A stretch of 64,000 nucleotides of DNA from an uncultured bacterium (GCA_937952265.1 CALFYW010000016.1:270661-334660); one strand, 5' to 3'. Shown: positions 52,182-61,732, counted from the first letter of the stretch. Notes: generated by a model not told the origin, from the letters alone. Numbers and translations are program-made.

Positions 52182-52433
52182 ATGCTCGAAAATGATGAGC
52201 AGAGGAAAATAGATAGGATACTGAAACTCACCGAAGAGAATAATAGCCTGCTTCACAAGCTCCATCGAAGCATGATTTATCGTCGGATGATCTCGATCTT
52301 TTATTGGATATTGGTTATTGCTATTACTTTTGGTACGTATTACTATATTCAGGGCTTCCTGGAATCATTGGGGCCAGTAGGAGATTTAGTCCCTCAACCA
52401 GTACAGAATCTTATTGAAAACCTGGGGCGGTAA
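52182..52433 (+). CDS. Small membrane protein (83 aa)
   Basis: ORF with one TM helix (ISIFYWILVIAITFGTYYY); ends 2 nt before tRNA-Phe. Confidence 0.3.
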   Translation: MLENDEQRKIDRILKLTEENNSLLHKLHRSMIYRRMISIFYWILVIAITFGTYYYIQGFLESLGPVGDLVPQPVQNLIENLGR

Positions 52434-52434
52434 C

Positions 52435-52508
52435 GCTTGGGTAGCTCAGTTGGTTAGAGCATTCGCCTGAAGAGCGAAGGGTCGTCGGTTCGACTCCGAC
52501 CCCAAGCA
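52435..52508 (+). tRNA. tRNA-Phe (GAA)
   Basis: Acceptor gcttggg/cccaagc, anticodon loop ctGAAga, T loop ttcgact. Confidence 0.85.
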
Positions 52509-52513
52509 CTAAA

Positions 52514-52545
52514 AATAAAACAACCTCATCTTGAGGTTGTTTTAT
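52514..52545. terminator. Bidirectional hairpin terminator between tRNA-Phe and hsp20
   Basis: aaaacaacctc atct tgaggttgtttt flanked by A/T runs on both sides. Confidence 0.6.
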
Positions 52546-53039
52546 TTTGATTTGACTTTGAGTTTTGTTTGTCGGGCTTTATTGATTTTTGGCAAGCGGA
52601 GAGTGAGTAGACCATGGTCCGCAATAGCTTCGGCATCTTCAACCTCGATTTCTTGCGGTAACAGAATGGTTCGTGAGAATGAGCCCCAATAGAGTTCTCG
52701 ATGGAAGTAGTGGTCGCGTTCAACGGTGTGTGATTCCTGGCGGTCTCCACGAATGGTTACCATATCGCGTGTGATTGAGATATCAAGGTGGTCAGGATGC
52801 ACCCCCGCAACCATGGTCTTTATGATAATTTCGTCAGGTGTTTGGAATACATCGATTGAAAGTTGCCCCTCTCCTTGATCTTCTTCATGCAATTCTTGTG
52901 GGGAAGCCACTGTGCTCGGATCGGAGGTATACGCCTGTTCTTCCATTGAAACATTGTTAGCCATGACCGGTGTATCATAATCATCAATAGAGACACTTCC
53001 GGTAAGTCGCTCAAAAAAAGATTTTTTGTCTTTTGCCAT
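52542..53039 (-). CDS. Hsp20/alpha-crystallin family small heat-shock protein
   Basis: Alpha-crystallin domain (IDVFQTPDEIIIKTMVAGV...ITRDMVTIRGDRQ...GSFSRTILLPQEIEVEDAEA...GLLTLRLPK). Confidence 0.85.
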   Translation of the reverse strand: MAKDKKSFFERLTGSVSIDDYDTPVMANNVSMEEQAYTSDPSTVASPQELHEEDQGEGQLSIDVFQTPDEIIIKTMVAGVHPDHLDISITRDMVTIRGDRQESHTVERDHYFHRELYWGSFSRTILLPQEIEVEDAEAIADHGLLTLRLPKINKARQTKLKVKSK

Positions 53040-53051
53040 GTTTTTAGTGTA

Positions 53052-53735
53052 TCATTTTTTTATTCTTTTGACTTTTTCAAAAAAGAGGATAAGTAACATA
53101 ATTGAAACCCATACTCCGCTAAATACGACGAAGATGAGCTCACCGTTGCTTTGAATTATAAAGAAATTAAAGAGTGTATGCAAGAGCGTTGCAAGTACAA
53201 TACCAATACATAAATACTGCCACCGAATTCGTCTGCTTCGATAGAATGAGAGTCCGATTGCCATACCAATGACCGCTGATGAAAGCACGTGGAGGAGTGT
53301 TGCGCCAATGAAGCGCATGTTTCCGGTGAGTGCGGATTGGATAAACAAATCTTTGCTGATGGGATCAATCAAAAAAAGGGTGTTTTCAAGAGCCGCGAAA
53401 CCGATTGCGGTGGTGATAAGGTAGATGACGGGGTCAATTGGTTCGTTGGTTACGCGACGGCGTAATGATGAGAAATATGCGGCAATATATTTTGCAACTT
53501 CTTCAGTGAGTGCCCAGAGAAAGATGACAAAGAAGGTAATGTGCACTGGCGAGGCGAAGTTTTTTTGTATCCATGCTTCTACAGGAATGACGAGAATAAT
53601 GATTCCCATACCAGCGAGAAATGAAAAAATGAGTGAAGAGCGGGGTTCTGGGTGCTGGTCTTCTTTAAGCCAAAACCAGAGCCAGAGAAGTGCCGGAAGT
53701 ATGCCGCCAAGTAACGCGTAAAAGATAATTGACAT
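53052..53735 (-). CDS. PrsW-like intramembrane protease (putative)
   Basis: Polytopic; ALTEEVAKY (EExxK), FAALENTLF (FxxxE) and a later LLHVLSS motif resemble PrsW/CPBP-type motifs. Confidence 0.5.
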   Translation of the reverse strand: MSIIFYALLGGILPALLWLWFWLKEDQHPEPRSSLIFSFLAGMGIIILVIPVEAWIQKNFASPVHITFFVIFLWALTEEVAKYIAAYFSSLRRRVTNEPIDPVIYLITTAIGFAALENTLFLIDPISKDLFIQSALTGNMRFIGATLLHVLSSAVIGMAIGLSFYRSRRIRWQYLCIGIVLATLLHTLFNFFIIQSNGELIFVVFSGVWVSIMLLILFFEKVKRIKK

Positions 53736-53738
53736 GTA

Positions 53739-55907
53739 TTATAATCCGGGCGTTGGCCACGGGGTGATCATAAGCATTTCTTTGTTTTTTAGAAAGGGAA
53801 GCGACTGCCAGATTTCTTCGGTGATGAATGGCATAAAGGGGTGGAGTAGGGTAAGAAGGGTGGTAAGCATATACTGCAAGGTCCATGCTGAAGATTTCCT
53901 CAAGTGTTCATTGTCTCCGCGAAGATTCGCTTTACTTTCTTCAATAATAACATCTGCAAAGGTATGCCAGAAGTAGTGGTAGAGTTTTTCGGACGCGAGA
54001 TATAGACGAAACGATTCGATATCTTGGGTTATCTCTTTGCATACCGCATGGAGCGCCTCGATATATTTTTGGTCTTGTGGTGTTAATTCAGGGATTTGAT
54101 GTTTATCAAAAGGTATATCCCCCGTCTCGCTGATTATCAGCCGGCTCGCATTCCAAATCTTGTTTGCAAAGTGTTTGTACGCTTTTACTTTTTGCTCATC
54201 AAAATTGGCGTCATTTCCAGGACCAATGCCTACCATAAGCGACATGCGCAGCGCGTCAGCGCCATATTGTTCGATAACCTGAATTGGGTCAATGCCATTT
54301 CCGAGTGATTTGCTAAATTTTCGTCCTTGTTTATCACGGAGGATTCCATGGAGATAAACGGTCTTAAATGGTATTGTTCCGAGAAGAAAGGTGGACATAA
54401 GAATCATGCGTGCTACCCAAAAAAAGAGTATTTCATACCCAGGCGCCATTACCGTAGTTGGGTGGTAAGTCTTGAGGTCTTCCGTCTCTTTTGGCCATCC
54501 AAGGGTAGAAAATGTCCAGAGCGCGGAAGAAAACCAGGTATCAAGGGTATCTTCATCTTGCACCCAACCTGATCCTTGCGGCATGTCTTTGCTGATAACT
54601 GCTTCTTCCCCTCGGTACCATACGGGAATACGATGGCCGTACCAGAGTTGCCGTGAGATACACCAATCACGAAGGTTATCAATCCAATGGAAATATATTT
54701 TTTCGAACCGCTCTGGAATGATGGTGATCTCTTTTTGCATGACTGGTTCGCGCATGAGCATCTTAAGGGTTTTCTCTCCGCGTTCTTTGATTGGCTGATT
54801 CACATTCACAAACCATTGCAGTTTTGGCAGTGGTTCAATAATACCCCCACTGCGTTCTGCGGTTGAAACATTGATCACCACTTCTTTTTCATCTTTGAGA
54901 AGTCCTTGTTCGTTAAGCCATGCCACCACGAGCGCGCGCGCCTCTTTTGTTTTTTTGCCTTTGAGTAGCTCTCCGGCGTTTTCATTCATGCGTGCGTGCT
55001 CGTTAATGACCGACAGTATTGGAAGCCCGTGACGTCTTGCGATATCTGCATCAGTGATGCTATGGGCAGGCGTTACACCCACGGCGCCAGTTCCGAATGC
55101 AGGATCAACCGCGGTATCACCCACTACTTTGATATGGATCACGCTTCCCGCGAATGGAATGTTTCTAAATTCTTTACCAATGAAGGCTTGGTATCGTGAG
55201 TCATCAGGGTGCACCGCAACCGCGGTATCGCCAACTTTTGTCTCGGGCCGTGTGGTAGCAATAGGAATCGGGAACTCTTTTCCATAGGTAAAGGTATACA
55301 TTTTGCCCGTTTCTTCGCGGTGTAAAACTTCGTCATCAGAGACGGTGGTTTGTCCTTTCGGGTCCCAATTAATGACACGATGCCCTCGATAAATTAAACC
55401 CGCGTCATACATTTGCTTAAACGCGGCAACAACCGCTTCACTCCGTTTCTCATCAAAAGTAAAAGCTTCACGCGACCAGTCACACGATGCCCCCATGCGT
55501 CGTATTTGTTGTTGGATCGTTCCCCGGCTTTCTGCAACATACTCTTCCACGCGGTGTAAAAATGCTTCGCGTCCAATATCATGGCGGTTTTTTCCTTCAT
55601 TTTTGACGAGTTCTTTCTCGACCTTGGTATTTGTTGCAATGGCTGCATGATCAGTTCCCGGGAGCCATAGGGTATTTTTACCCCGCATACGGGAAAATCG
55701 AATCAGCGCGTCTTGGATTGTATCTTCAAGCGCGTGTCCGAGGTGGAGAATCCCCGTTGCGTTTGGTGGGGGAAGCATAATGGTGAAGGTCTCCTCTCGT
55801 TTCCCCGGGAGATTATCCGGGTTAAAATATCCGCTTTCTTCCCAGCGCGAGTAAATTCTCTCCTCAGTATCTTGAGGATTATATGGCTTGAGAAATTTAT
55901 CCTCCAT
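53739..55907 (-). CDS. valS: Valine--tRNA ligase (compact, no C-terminal coiled coil)
   Basis: PPPNATGILHLGHA (HIGH) and KFSKSLGN (KMSKS); the ORF extends to 55955, but MEDKFLKPYNPQD is the ValS-like start. Confidence 0.9.
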   Translation of the reverse strand: MEDKFLKPYNPQDTEERIYSRWEESGYFNPDNLPGKREETFTIMLPPPNATGILHLGHALEDTIQDALIRFSRMRGKNTLWLPGTDHAAIATNTKVEKELVKNEGKNRHDIGREAFLHRVEEYVAESRGTIQQQIRRMGASCDWSREAFTFDEKRSEAVVAAFKQMYDAGLIYRGHRVINWDPKGQTTVSDDEVLHREETGKMYTFTYGKEFPIPIATTRPETKVGDTAVAVHPDDSRYQAFIGKEFRNIPFAGSVIHIKVVGDTAVDPAFGTGAVGVTPAHSITDADIARRHGLPILSVINEHARMNENAGELLKGKKTKEARALVVAWLNEQGLLKDEKEVVINVSTAERSGGIIEPLPKLQWFVNVNQPIKERGEKTLKMLMREPVMQKEITIIPERFEKIYFHWIDNLRDWCISRQLWYGHRIPVWYRGEEAVISKDMPQGSGWVQDEDTLDTWFSSALWTFSTLGWPKETEDLKTYHPTTVMAPGYEILFFWVARMILMSTFLLGTIPFKTVYLHGILRDKQGRKFSKSLGNGIDPIQVIEQYGADALRMSLMVGIGPGNDANFDEQKVKAYKHFANKIWNASRLIISETGDIPFDKHQIPELTPQDQKYIEALHAVCKEITQDIESFRLYLASEKLYHYFWHTFADVIIEESKANLRGDNEHLRKSSAWTLQYMLTTLLTLLHPFMPFITEEIWQSLPFLKNKEMLMITPWPTPGL

Positions 55908-55979
55908 AGCAAGGATAATAACAGAAATAGCGCAATTCTCAATAATCGTAAGCACTCATGGATCCTAAGAATTTTCGGT

Positions 55980-57131
55980 TTAGAGTTCGAGTGTGCCCGT
56001 TGCGGTCAGTGATTCCGGATCTTCTGCGCCGGTACGCATATATTTTAAATATCCCGCAGCCCCAATCATGAGTGCATTATCGGTAGCAAGGGTGGCTGAG
56101 GGGGTGTGGAGTGTGAGCGGTGGGTATTTTTGCACGAGTCTGTTGAACGCATCACGAATGTGGGTATTTGCAATAACACCTCCCGCAACGATAAGTGAGT
56201 GTATGTTTCGCTCAGAGAGCGCTTTTTCTGTTTTTTGTATAAGGATTTGGGTAATTGCGTCTTCAGTTTCTCGGGCAATTTGCATACGCATCGTATCGCT
56301 CAGGTTGCTCTTTAGATCTCGTATGCGGTACCGTACAGCGGTTTTAAGTCCGGAGAATGAGAAGTCGAGATCTCTGCTCCCAAGCATTGGGCGGGGGAGG
56401 GGTTCAATGGGAGGCAGATTTTTCTGACGTGCAATTTTGGCCAACGCGCTCACTTCAGGTCCGCCAGGATACGGAAGTCCGAGAAGGCGCCCAATTTTAT
56501 CGAATGCTTCGCCAACCGCATCATCACGGGTGGCGCCAAGAAGGGTATACGATCCCCACGCATCAACTTCTACGAGTTCGGTGTGCCCGCCTGAGATCAA
56601 GAGTGCAAGCGCGTTAAAATTAATGATCGGTTGTTCTTTTTCAAGTAGTACCGATGCAATGTGTCCTTCCATATGATTGACGCCAACAATTGGTTTTTTC
56701 CATACCCTGGAGAGGGCACGCGCAAAGTTGACTCCAACCCACAATGCCGGTTCGAGCCCGGGCCCGGTGGTTACGGCAATCAGGTCGATAGGTGGTATAC
56801 CAAGAGTGTTAATTCTTTTTAGAAACCGCTGTTTTAGTTCAGGTTCGCGCACAAAGAGATCAGCTATTTTTTGCGTCTCAAAGAGAACTGTTTCTGTGTT
56901 TTGGAAATGTTTCGCATGAGTCAGTGCTTCTTCGAGGAGTGGCATAAGTGCTTTGCTGTGTTCGCGTTTTGCGAGAGAGGGGAAAACACCCCCATATTTT
57001 TCATGGAGTTTCATTTGTGATGTTAAGGTATTGGCGTGTATTTCGAATGACGGGCGCGTTAACCCTCCTTCGGCTTCAATAATACTGATTCCTGTTTCGT
57101 CACAGCTTGTTTCAATGGATAGTATATTCAT
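55980..57131 (-). CDS. tsaD: tRNA N6-adenosine threonylcarbamoyltransferase TsaD
   Basis: MNILSIETSCDETGISII start and H-x-x-GH metal site (VNHMEGHI); the ORF extends upstream to 57398, but that 90-aa extension is not TsaD-like. Confidence 0.85.
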   Translation of the reverse strand: MNILSIETSCDETGISIIEAEGGLTRPSFEIHANTLTSQMKLHEKYGGVFPSLAKREHSKALMPLLEEALTHAKHFQNTETVLFETQKIADLFVREPELKQRFLKRINTLGIPPIDLIAVTTGPGLEPALWVGVNFARALSRVWKKPIVGVNHMEGHIASVLLEKEQPIINFNALALLISGGHTELVEVDAWGSYTLLGATRDDAVGEAFDKIGRLLGLPYPGGPEVSALAKIARQKNLPPIEPLPRPMLGSRDLDFSFSGLKTAVRYRIRDLKSNLSDTMRMQIARETEDAITQILIQKTEKALSERNIHSLIVAGGVIANTHIRDAFNRLVQKYPPLTLHTPSATLATDNALMIGAAGYLKYMRTGAEDPESLTATGTLEL

Positions 57132-57191
57132 AGGCAGAGACACTTGTACTATATCCTTTTTTATGTTATTTTCCAGTCTAGGAGGTGCATT

Positions 57192-57371
57192 ATGATCTAT
57201 TGGAAATTTATGCAGGAGCAACGGCGCCGAATGGGTATGGAAGGAGGAGGCGAACCTCCACATTTGGATTATCCGCTCCGGAATCAGATATCGAAGGCGG
57301 TGGTATCTCCACGGGGTTGCCATACCCGGCCTTCGAGCACTGCTCCCTTGAAGAAGAAGCTGAGGAAGTAG
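57192..57371 (+). CDS. Small basic protein (59 aa)
   Basis: GGAGGTG 6 nt upstream of the ATG; hairpin plus T-run terminator at 57393-57425; Lys/Arg-rich. Confidence 0.35.
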   Translation: MIYWKFMQEQRRRMGMEGGGEPPHLDYPLRNQISKAVVSPRGCHTRPSSTAPLKKKLRK

Positions 57372-57495
57372 TGAGTTGTTAAGGGAACCCCATCCCACAG
57401 CATAGAAATATGCTGTGGGATTTTTAACAAATTAAGGTTGTAAAAATTGGACGTTTGTTAAAATAAGTTCCGATTTTCAATTTCTTCAATTTCGG

Positions 57496-57582
57496 CGGAA
57501 GGGGTGGGATTCGAACCCACGGTACCCTTTCGAGCACACCGCATTTCGAGTGCGGCCCATTCGACCACTCTGGCACCCTTCC
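57496..57582 (-). tRNA. tRNA-Ser (CGA), long variable arm
   Basis: Reverse complement reads GGAAGGGTGCCAGAGTGGTCGAATGG...CCGCACTCGAAATGCGG...GGGTTCGAATCCCACCCCTTCCG; type II tRNA. Confidence 0.85.
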
Positions 57583-57677
57583 ATGAGAAAATAAACGAGG
57601 AAATAATACCATCTTTTTGATTATTTTCAAAAAAATGGTATACTGTGCCAGTAACGAGGCCGTATGTCTCGATTTAA

Positions 57678-57749
57678 GGCCCTATCGTCTAACGGTTAGG
57701 ACAACGGGTTTTCAATCCGTTAATCGGGGTTCGATTCCCCGTAGGGTCA
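57678..57749 (+). tRNA. tRNA-Glu (TTC)
   Basis: ggccctatcgtctaacggttaggac...acgggttTTCaatccgt...cggggttcgattccccgtagggtca; T loop TTCGATT. Confidence 0.85.
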
Positions 57750-57754
57750 CATTC

Positions 57755-57786
57755 AAAAACACCGACACAATATGTCGGTGTTTTTG
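57755..57786 (+). terminator. Rho-independent terminator after tRNA-Glu
   Basis: aaaaacaccgaca caatat gtcggtgttttt. Confidence 0.65.
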
Positions 57787-58070
57787 TAGCACAATGATCT
57801 TTAAGTAGAGAGAATCAAAAGCCGAAGTACGATAGTGCGAGCAAAGGTAGGTATGAAAAAATTTACGCATTCAATTACCATTGGGGGAACCTGGGAGCGG
57901 GGTAAACATACCTCTTTCTTTGTTTGATCGATCACAACAGAGAGGAACCAAAGTAGTTTTAGAGGATTTCAAACTACATCGAATCAGAACAAGTGTTATC
58001 TTTTGTGATAAGATATCGTTCGGCGGTTTTGAGGTTATTATCTCTGTTAAGTATATAAAAGGAGGTTTTT

Positions 58071-58262
58071 GTGGATAGGAATATAGAGGCGATACGGGAG
58101 GTAGCTCGGCGTTTTGGATTAAAGTTGTCAGAACGGGAGATGACCACATTTGCACATTCGGTTTGTGAGGCACTCGGGTTAAAACGTCCTGGGAAGATAA
58201 AATCAGTAATCAAAGAAAAACGTAGAGTTACCAGGAAACATAGAACACAAGAGAAAAAATAA
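58071..58262 (+). CDS. Small basic protein (63 aa, GTG start)
   Basis: AAAGGAGG 5 nt before the GTG; C-terminal KEKRRVTRKHRTQEKK tail. Confidence 0.35.
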   Translation: MDRNIEAIREVARRFGLKLSEREMTTFAHSVCEALGLKRPGKIKSVIKEKRRVTRKHRTQEKK

Positions 58263-58403
58263 AAGAGGTACCAGATTACAACTTGGCTTATGATAAGCCA
58301 AGTTTTTTGCATCCTGTGGAGAAGATTTTTTAATAAAACTGTTACAATGGTTGTGTGTAAGATTACGTATCATTTATTATTTTTTTGAACACACGCTATT
58401 GCT

Positions 58404-59432
58404 ATGAAAATTGCATTTTTTAGATACGAAGATTGGGAAAAGCAGAGCATAGAAGCACATGAAGACCTTAAAGCGCTCGGCGCGGAGACTATTTTTTTTG
58501 AAAAACCATTAACACCCGCAGATGCCGTTCCTGAGGAGGCTCGTGATGCGGAGGTGATCTCGGTTTTTGTGGATTCCGCGATGCCAAAAGAAATCATCGA
58601 TACCTTTCCTCACTTGAAACATATTGCAACGCGTTCTACGGGTTTTGATCATATTGATTTAGCCTACTGCAATGAAAAAGGAATTACCGTCTCAAATGTT
58701 CCCTCGTACGGCGAGCGTACGGTTGCAGAACAGGCGTTTGCGTTACTGCTTACTATCTCCCGCCGTGTGATTGAGGCATATGGACAGCTACGCGAGACGG
58801 GGGATTTTTCTCAACGCCCGTTGCGCGGTTTCGACCTTTTTGGAAAGACAATTGGTATTGTAGGAACTGGTAAAATTGGAAAGAATAGCGCTCGTATTGC
58901 GCGTGGATTCGGAATGAAAGTGCTTGGGTACGATGTGTATCGGGATGAATCGTTTGCGCACGAAATCGGTATGCATTATATGGAGCTCCCTGAATTAGTA
59001 CATCAGAGCGATATCGTAACTATTCACGTACCGTACATGAAGGCAACACACCATCTAGTGAACAAAGAATTATTTTCCCATTTCAAAAAAGGCTCCGTAC
59101 TTATCAATACAAGTAGGGGGGCGGTTGTTGATACTGAAGCATTAATCCAGGCGCTTGATAATGAGACGCTTGCCTATGCTGGACTCGATGTACTTGAAGA
59201 AGAGGAGGCCTTTCGTGAGGAGGAGCACCTGCTTGCCACGGGTGCAATGACTGAAGCTCAGGCAAAAACGGTACTTGCAAACCACGCGCTTATTGATATG
59301 CCCAATGTGGTGGTTACTCCACATAATGCGTTTAATACCTGGGAAGCACTCGGGCGTATTTTACTTACGACAATTGAAAATATTGTTGGTTTTGCAAATG
59401 GATCCCCAGTAAATGTGGTGAAGAAAAAATAG
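58404..59432 (+). CDS. D-isomer-specific 2-hydroxyacid dehydrogenase (D-lactate dehydrogenase-like)
   Basis: GIVGTGKIGKNSARIARGFGMKVLGYD NAD-binding fold; catalytic R/E/H context (SRGAVVD...TPHNAF). Confidence 0.85.
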   Translation: MKIAFFRYEDWEKQSIEAHEDLKALGAETIFFEKPLTPADAVPEEARDAEVISVFVDSAMPKEIIDTFPHLKHIATRSTGFDHIDLAYCNEKGITVSNVPSYGERTVAEQAFALLLTISRRVIEAYGQLRETGDFSQRPLRGFDLFGKTIGIVGTGKIGKNSARIARGFGMKVLGYDVYRDESFAHEIGMHYMELPELVHQSDIVTIHVPYMKATHHLVNKELFSHFKKGSVLINTSRGAVVDTEALIQALDNETLAYAGLDVLEEEEAFREEEHLLATGAMTEAQAKTVLANHALIDMPNVVVTPHNAFNTWEALGRILLTTIENIVGFANGSPVNVVKKK

Positions 59433-59470
59433 TACACGGCGGGGATATACAAGGTTTTTAATTACGGAAT

Positions 59471-59510
59471 AAAGCAAAAGGAAGCTTTAATAGGCTTCTT
59501 TTTGCTTTTT
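59471..59510 (+). terminator. Rho-independent terminator after the dehydrogenase gene
   Basis: aagcaaaaggaagc tttaatag gcttctttttgctttttt. Confidence 0.6.
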
Positions 59511-59577
59511 TCATATAAGATGCTATATTGCTTGAGGCGTCAAGTGTCCTCTGTGTCACTCCTGATACCATCTCAGA

Positions 59578-60891
59578 TTGCTTGTGTTTATGAAAAAGAA
59601 ATGGCGACAGTTGAAGAGGGAATATTTACATGCCATGCGAGTAGGCTTCTTTTTGGCGGTGCGCCAAATTAAACGCTCAAGCAAAGGAACCACAGCGTTG
59701 ATTATCTTTATCATGGTTCTCACGTTTTTAAATCTTGTTGTTGTCTCTGGGTTGTTGCTCGGATTGATTAGTGGTTCATTTGTGCAGTTTCGAGAAAGTT
59801 ATTCAGGTGAGGTGATCATTACCCCAGAAGAAGGAAGAGATTATATTGAAAATTCTCCTCAACTGGTCTCGTTTCTTGAGAGCCACCCTGAGGTGGATAT
59901 GATTTCTCCGCGTTATGGTGTAGGAGCAACGATTCGTGGAACTCTAGGGAGCCTTCCTCAAAACAATGAACGCCCTAATGAACTTTCGATGCGCGTGACG
60001 GGTATTGACGTTGGGCGTGAAGAGCACGTTACCGGATTTTCTCGTTTCGTACTTTTCGGGGAACACCTCAACGCCGATGAAGAAGGCTATATGCTTATTG
60101 GTGCTAACCTACTAAAGAAATATTCTTCATTTGCTGATGCGAATATCCCCGGGCTCGATCTTCTTGAGGATGTTGATGTGGGAAGCCGTGTCCGAATGAG
60201 CATTCCGCGTAGGGATGGAGGAGAAATCCGGAAAGAGTTTATTGTCAAAGGGATTGTAAAGAGTAAGGTTGATGAAATTTCCACCCGTATGTTTATTACG
60301 GACAAAGAACTTAAACGACTCTTACCGGTGAATAAAGAACAGTTTCAGGAAATTGCGGTACGCACTGATTATGATTACGCGCCATATTTAGTAAATGAGG
60401 TTAAAAATTTTATGGGGAACTCTCGTGCTCGCGTGCAAACTTCTGATGAGGCAATTCCTTCATTTTTGCGTGATATTGAGACGACCATGGGGGTGCTCGG
60501 GAATGCGCTCTCTTCAATCGCGCTTGTGGTTGCAACCATCACTATCTTTATCGTTATTTTCATCAATGCGGTAACGAAGCGAAAGTTTATTGGTATTATG
60601 AAGGGGATTGGTATTAGCCCGGGGGCGATTCAATTTTCGTATGTACTTCAGGCGCTTTTCTATGGTATCGCGGGATCTATTATTGGGGCGGTGTTAACCT
60701 TTGGTTTGCTTGAACCGTATTTTTCTGCAAATCCAATCAACTTTCCATTCTCAGACGGTATTTTGGTGGTAACCCCGCTTGGGGCACTCATCCGTATTGG
60801 AATCCTTATTGTAGTTACCGTGTGCGCAGGATATATTCCCGCGAAGATTATCGTTCGGAGGAATACGCTTGACGCGATTCTTGGTAGATAA
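59578..60891 (+). CDS. ABC transporter permease, FtsX/MacB-LolE type
   Basis: N-terminal TM helix, about 230-aa periplasmic domain, three C-terminal TM helices (FtsX fold). Confidence 0.8.
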   Translation: MLVFMKKKWRQLKREYLHAMRVGFFLAVRQIKRSSKGTTALIIFIMVLTFLNLVVVSGLLLGLISGSFVQFRESYSGEVIITPEEGRDYIENSPQLVSFLESHPEVDMISPRYGVGATIRGTLGSLPQNNERPNELSMRVTGIDVGREEHVTGFSRFVLFGEHLNADEEGYMLIGANLLKKYSSFADANIPGLDLLEDVDVGSRVRMSIPRRDGGEIRKEFIVKGIVKSKVDEISTRMFITDKELKRLLPVNKEQFQEIAVRTDYDYAPYLVNEVKNFMGNSRARVQTSDEAIPSFLRDIETTMGVLGNALSSIALVVATITIFIVIFINAVTKRKFIGIMKGIGISPGAIQFSYVLQALFYGIAGSIIGAVLTFGLLEPYFSANPINFPFSDGILVVTPLGALIRIGILIVVTVCAGYIPAKIIVRRNTLDAILGR

Positions 60892-60899
60892 ATAAACCT

Positions 60900-61568
60900 A
60901 TGATTACGGCAAAACAACTCACCAGAAAATATGGAAAAGGAGCGCTTGAAATGGTCGCACTTAAAAGCGTTGATCTCTCAATCAAGAATGGTGAATTTAT
61001 TGCGATCATCGGGCCGTCTGGTGCAGGAAAATCAACACTCCTCTATCAGCTTTCGCTTCTTGATGAGCCAACTTCGGGGGAGATTCATTTCGCTGGAACA
61101 GAGACCTCTCGCCTGAATCAGGCAGAAAAAACCGAATTACGACTTCATAAAATGGGATTCGTGTTCCAAGATTATGCGCTCCTCCCAGAGCTGAGCGCGC
61201 TTGAAAACGTAGCACTTCCTTTCTTGATGCAGGGAATGGGGAGGATTGATGCGCTTCAGCACGCGGGGAATGCGCTTCAACGTGTTGGACTTTCAGATAA
61301 GGCCGATAATCTTCCGAGCGCGCTTTCAGGTGGTCAGCAGCAGCGGGTCTCTATTGCGCGCGCGATCGCGCATAACCCGGAAGTACTTTTCGCAGATGAA
61401 CCTACGGCGAATCTCGATTCAAAGAATGGGAAACTGGTAATGGATACGTTTGAATCACTTTCTAAGGAGGGGCAGACAATTGTAATGGTAACTCATGAAG
61501 AAGAGTATGCGGCTCATGCTCGGCGCACCATTTCACTTAAAGATGGCAGTATTGTCTCTGATCAGTGA
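60900..61568 (+). CDS. ABC transporter ATP-binding protein (MacB/LolD-like)
   Basis: GPSGAGKSTLL (Walker A), LSGGQQQRVSIARA (signature), LFADEPT (Walker B). Confidence 0.9.
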   Translation: MITAKQLTRKYGKGALEMVALKSVDLSIKNGEFIAIIGPSGAGKSTLLYQLSLLDEPTSGEIHFAGTETSRLNQAEKTELRLHKMGFVFQDYALLPELSALENVALPFLMQGMGRIDALQHAGNALQRVGLSDKADNLPSALSGGQQQRVSIARAIAHNPEVLFADEPTANLDSKNGKLVMDTFESLSKEGQTIVMVTHEEEYAAHARRTISLKDGSIVSDQ

Positions 61569-61598
61569 AATAGTTAGTATAGAATAGTTCTTATAAGG

Positions 61599-61671
61599 GG
61601 GCGGTTAGCTCAGTTGGTAGAGCGCAACATTGACGTTGTTGATGCCAGAGGTTCGAGTCCTCTACCGCCCA
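61599..61671 (+). tRNA. tRNA-Val (GAC)
   Basis: gggcggttagctcagttggtagagcg caaca ttGACgt tgttg ... ttcgagt ... accgccca. Confidence 0.85.
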
Positions 61672-61732
61672 CATTTGCCCTCGGTATCATCTCTTGGTAT
61701 GTTAGGGTTGGAGGAGGATCCTTATGAAAAAG

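Noticed and set aside
55980-57398. Long upstream in-frame extensions of tsaD (to 57398), folA (to 1299), thyA (from 2384), argS (from 3429) and valS (to 55955)
   Set aside because: The extensions overlap upstream genes or terminators and are not homologous to the respective families; internal Met codons aligned with family N-termini were used as starts.
57424-57630. 68-aa minus-strand ORF overlapping tRNA-Ser
   Set aside because: It covers the tRNA-Ser gene itself; it is an artefact of the tRNA sequence.
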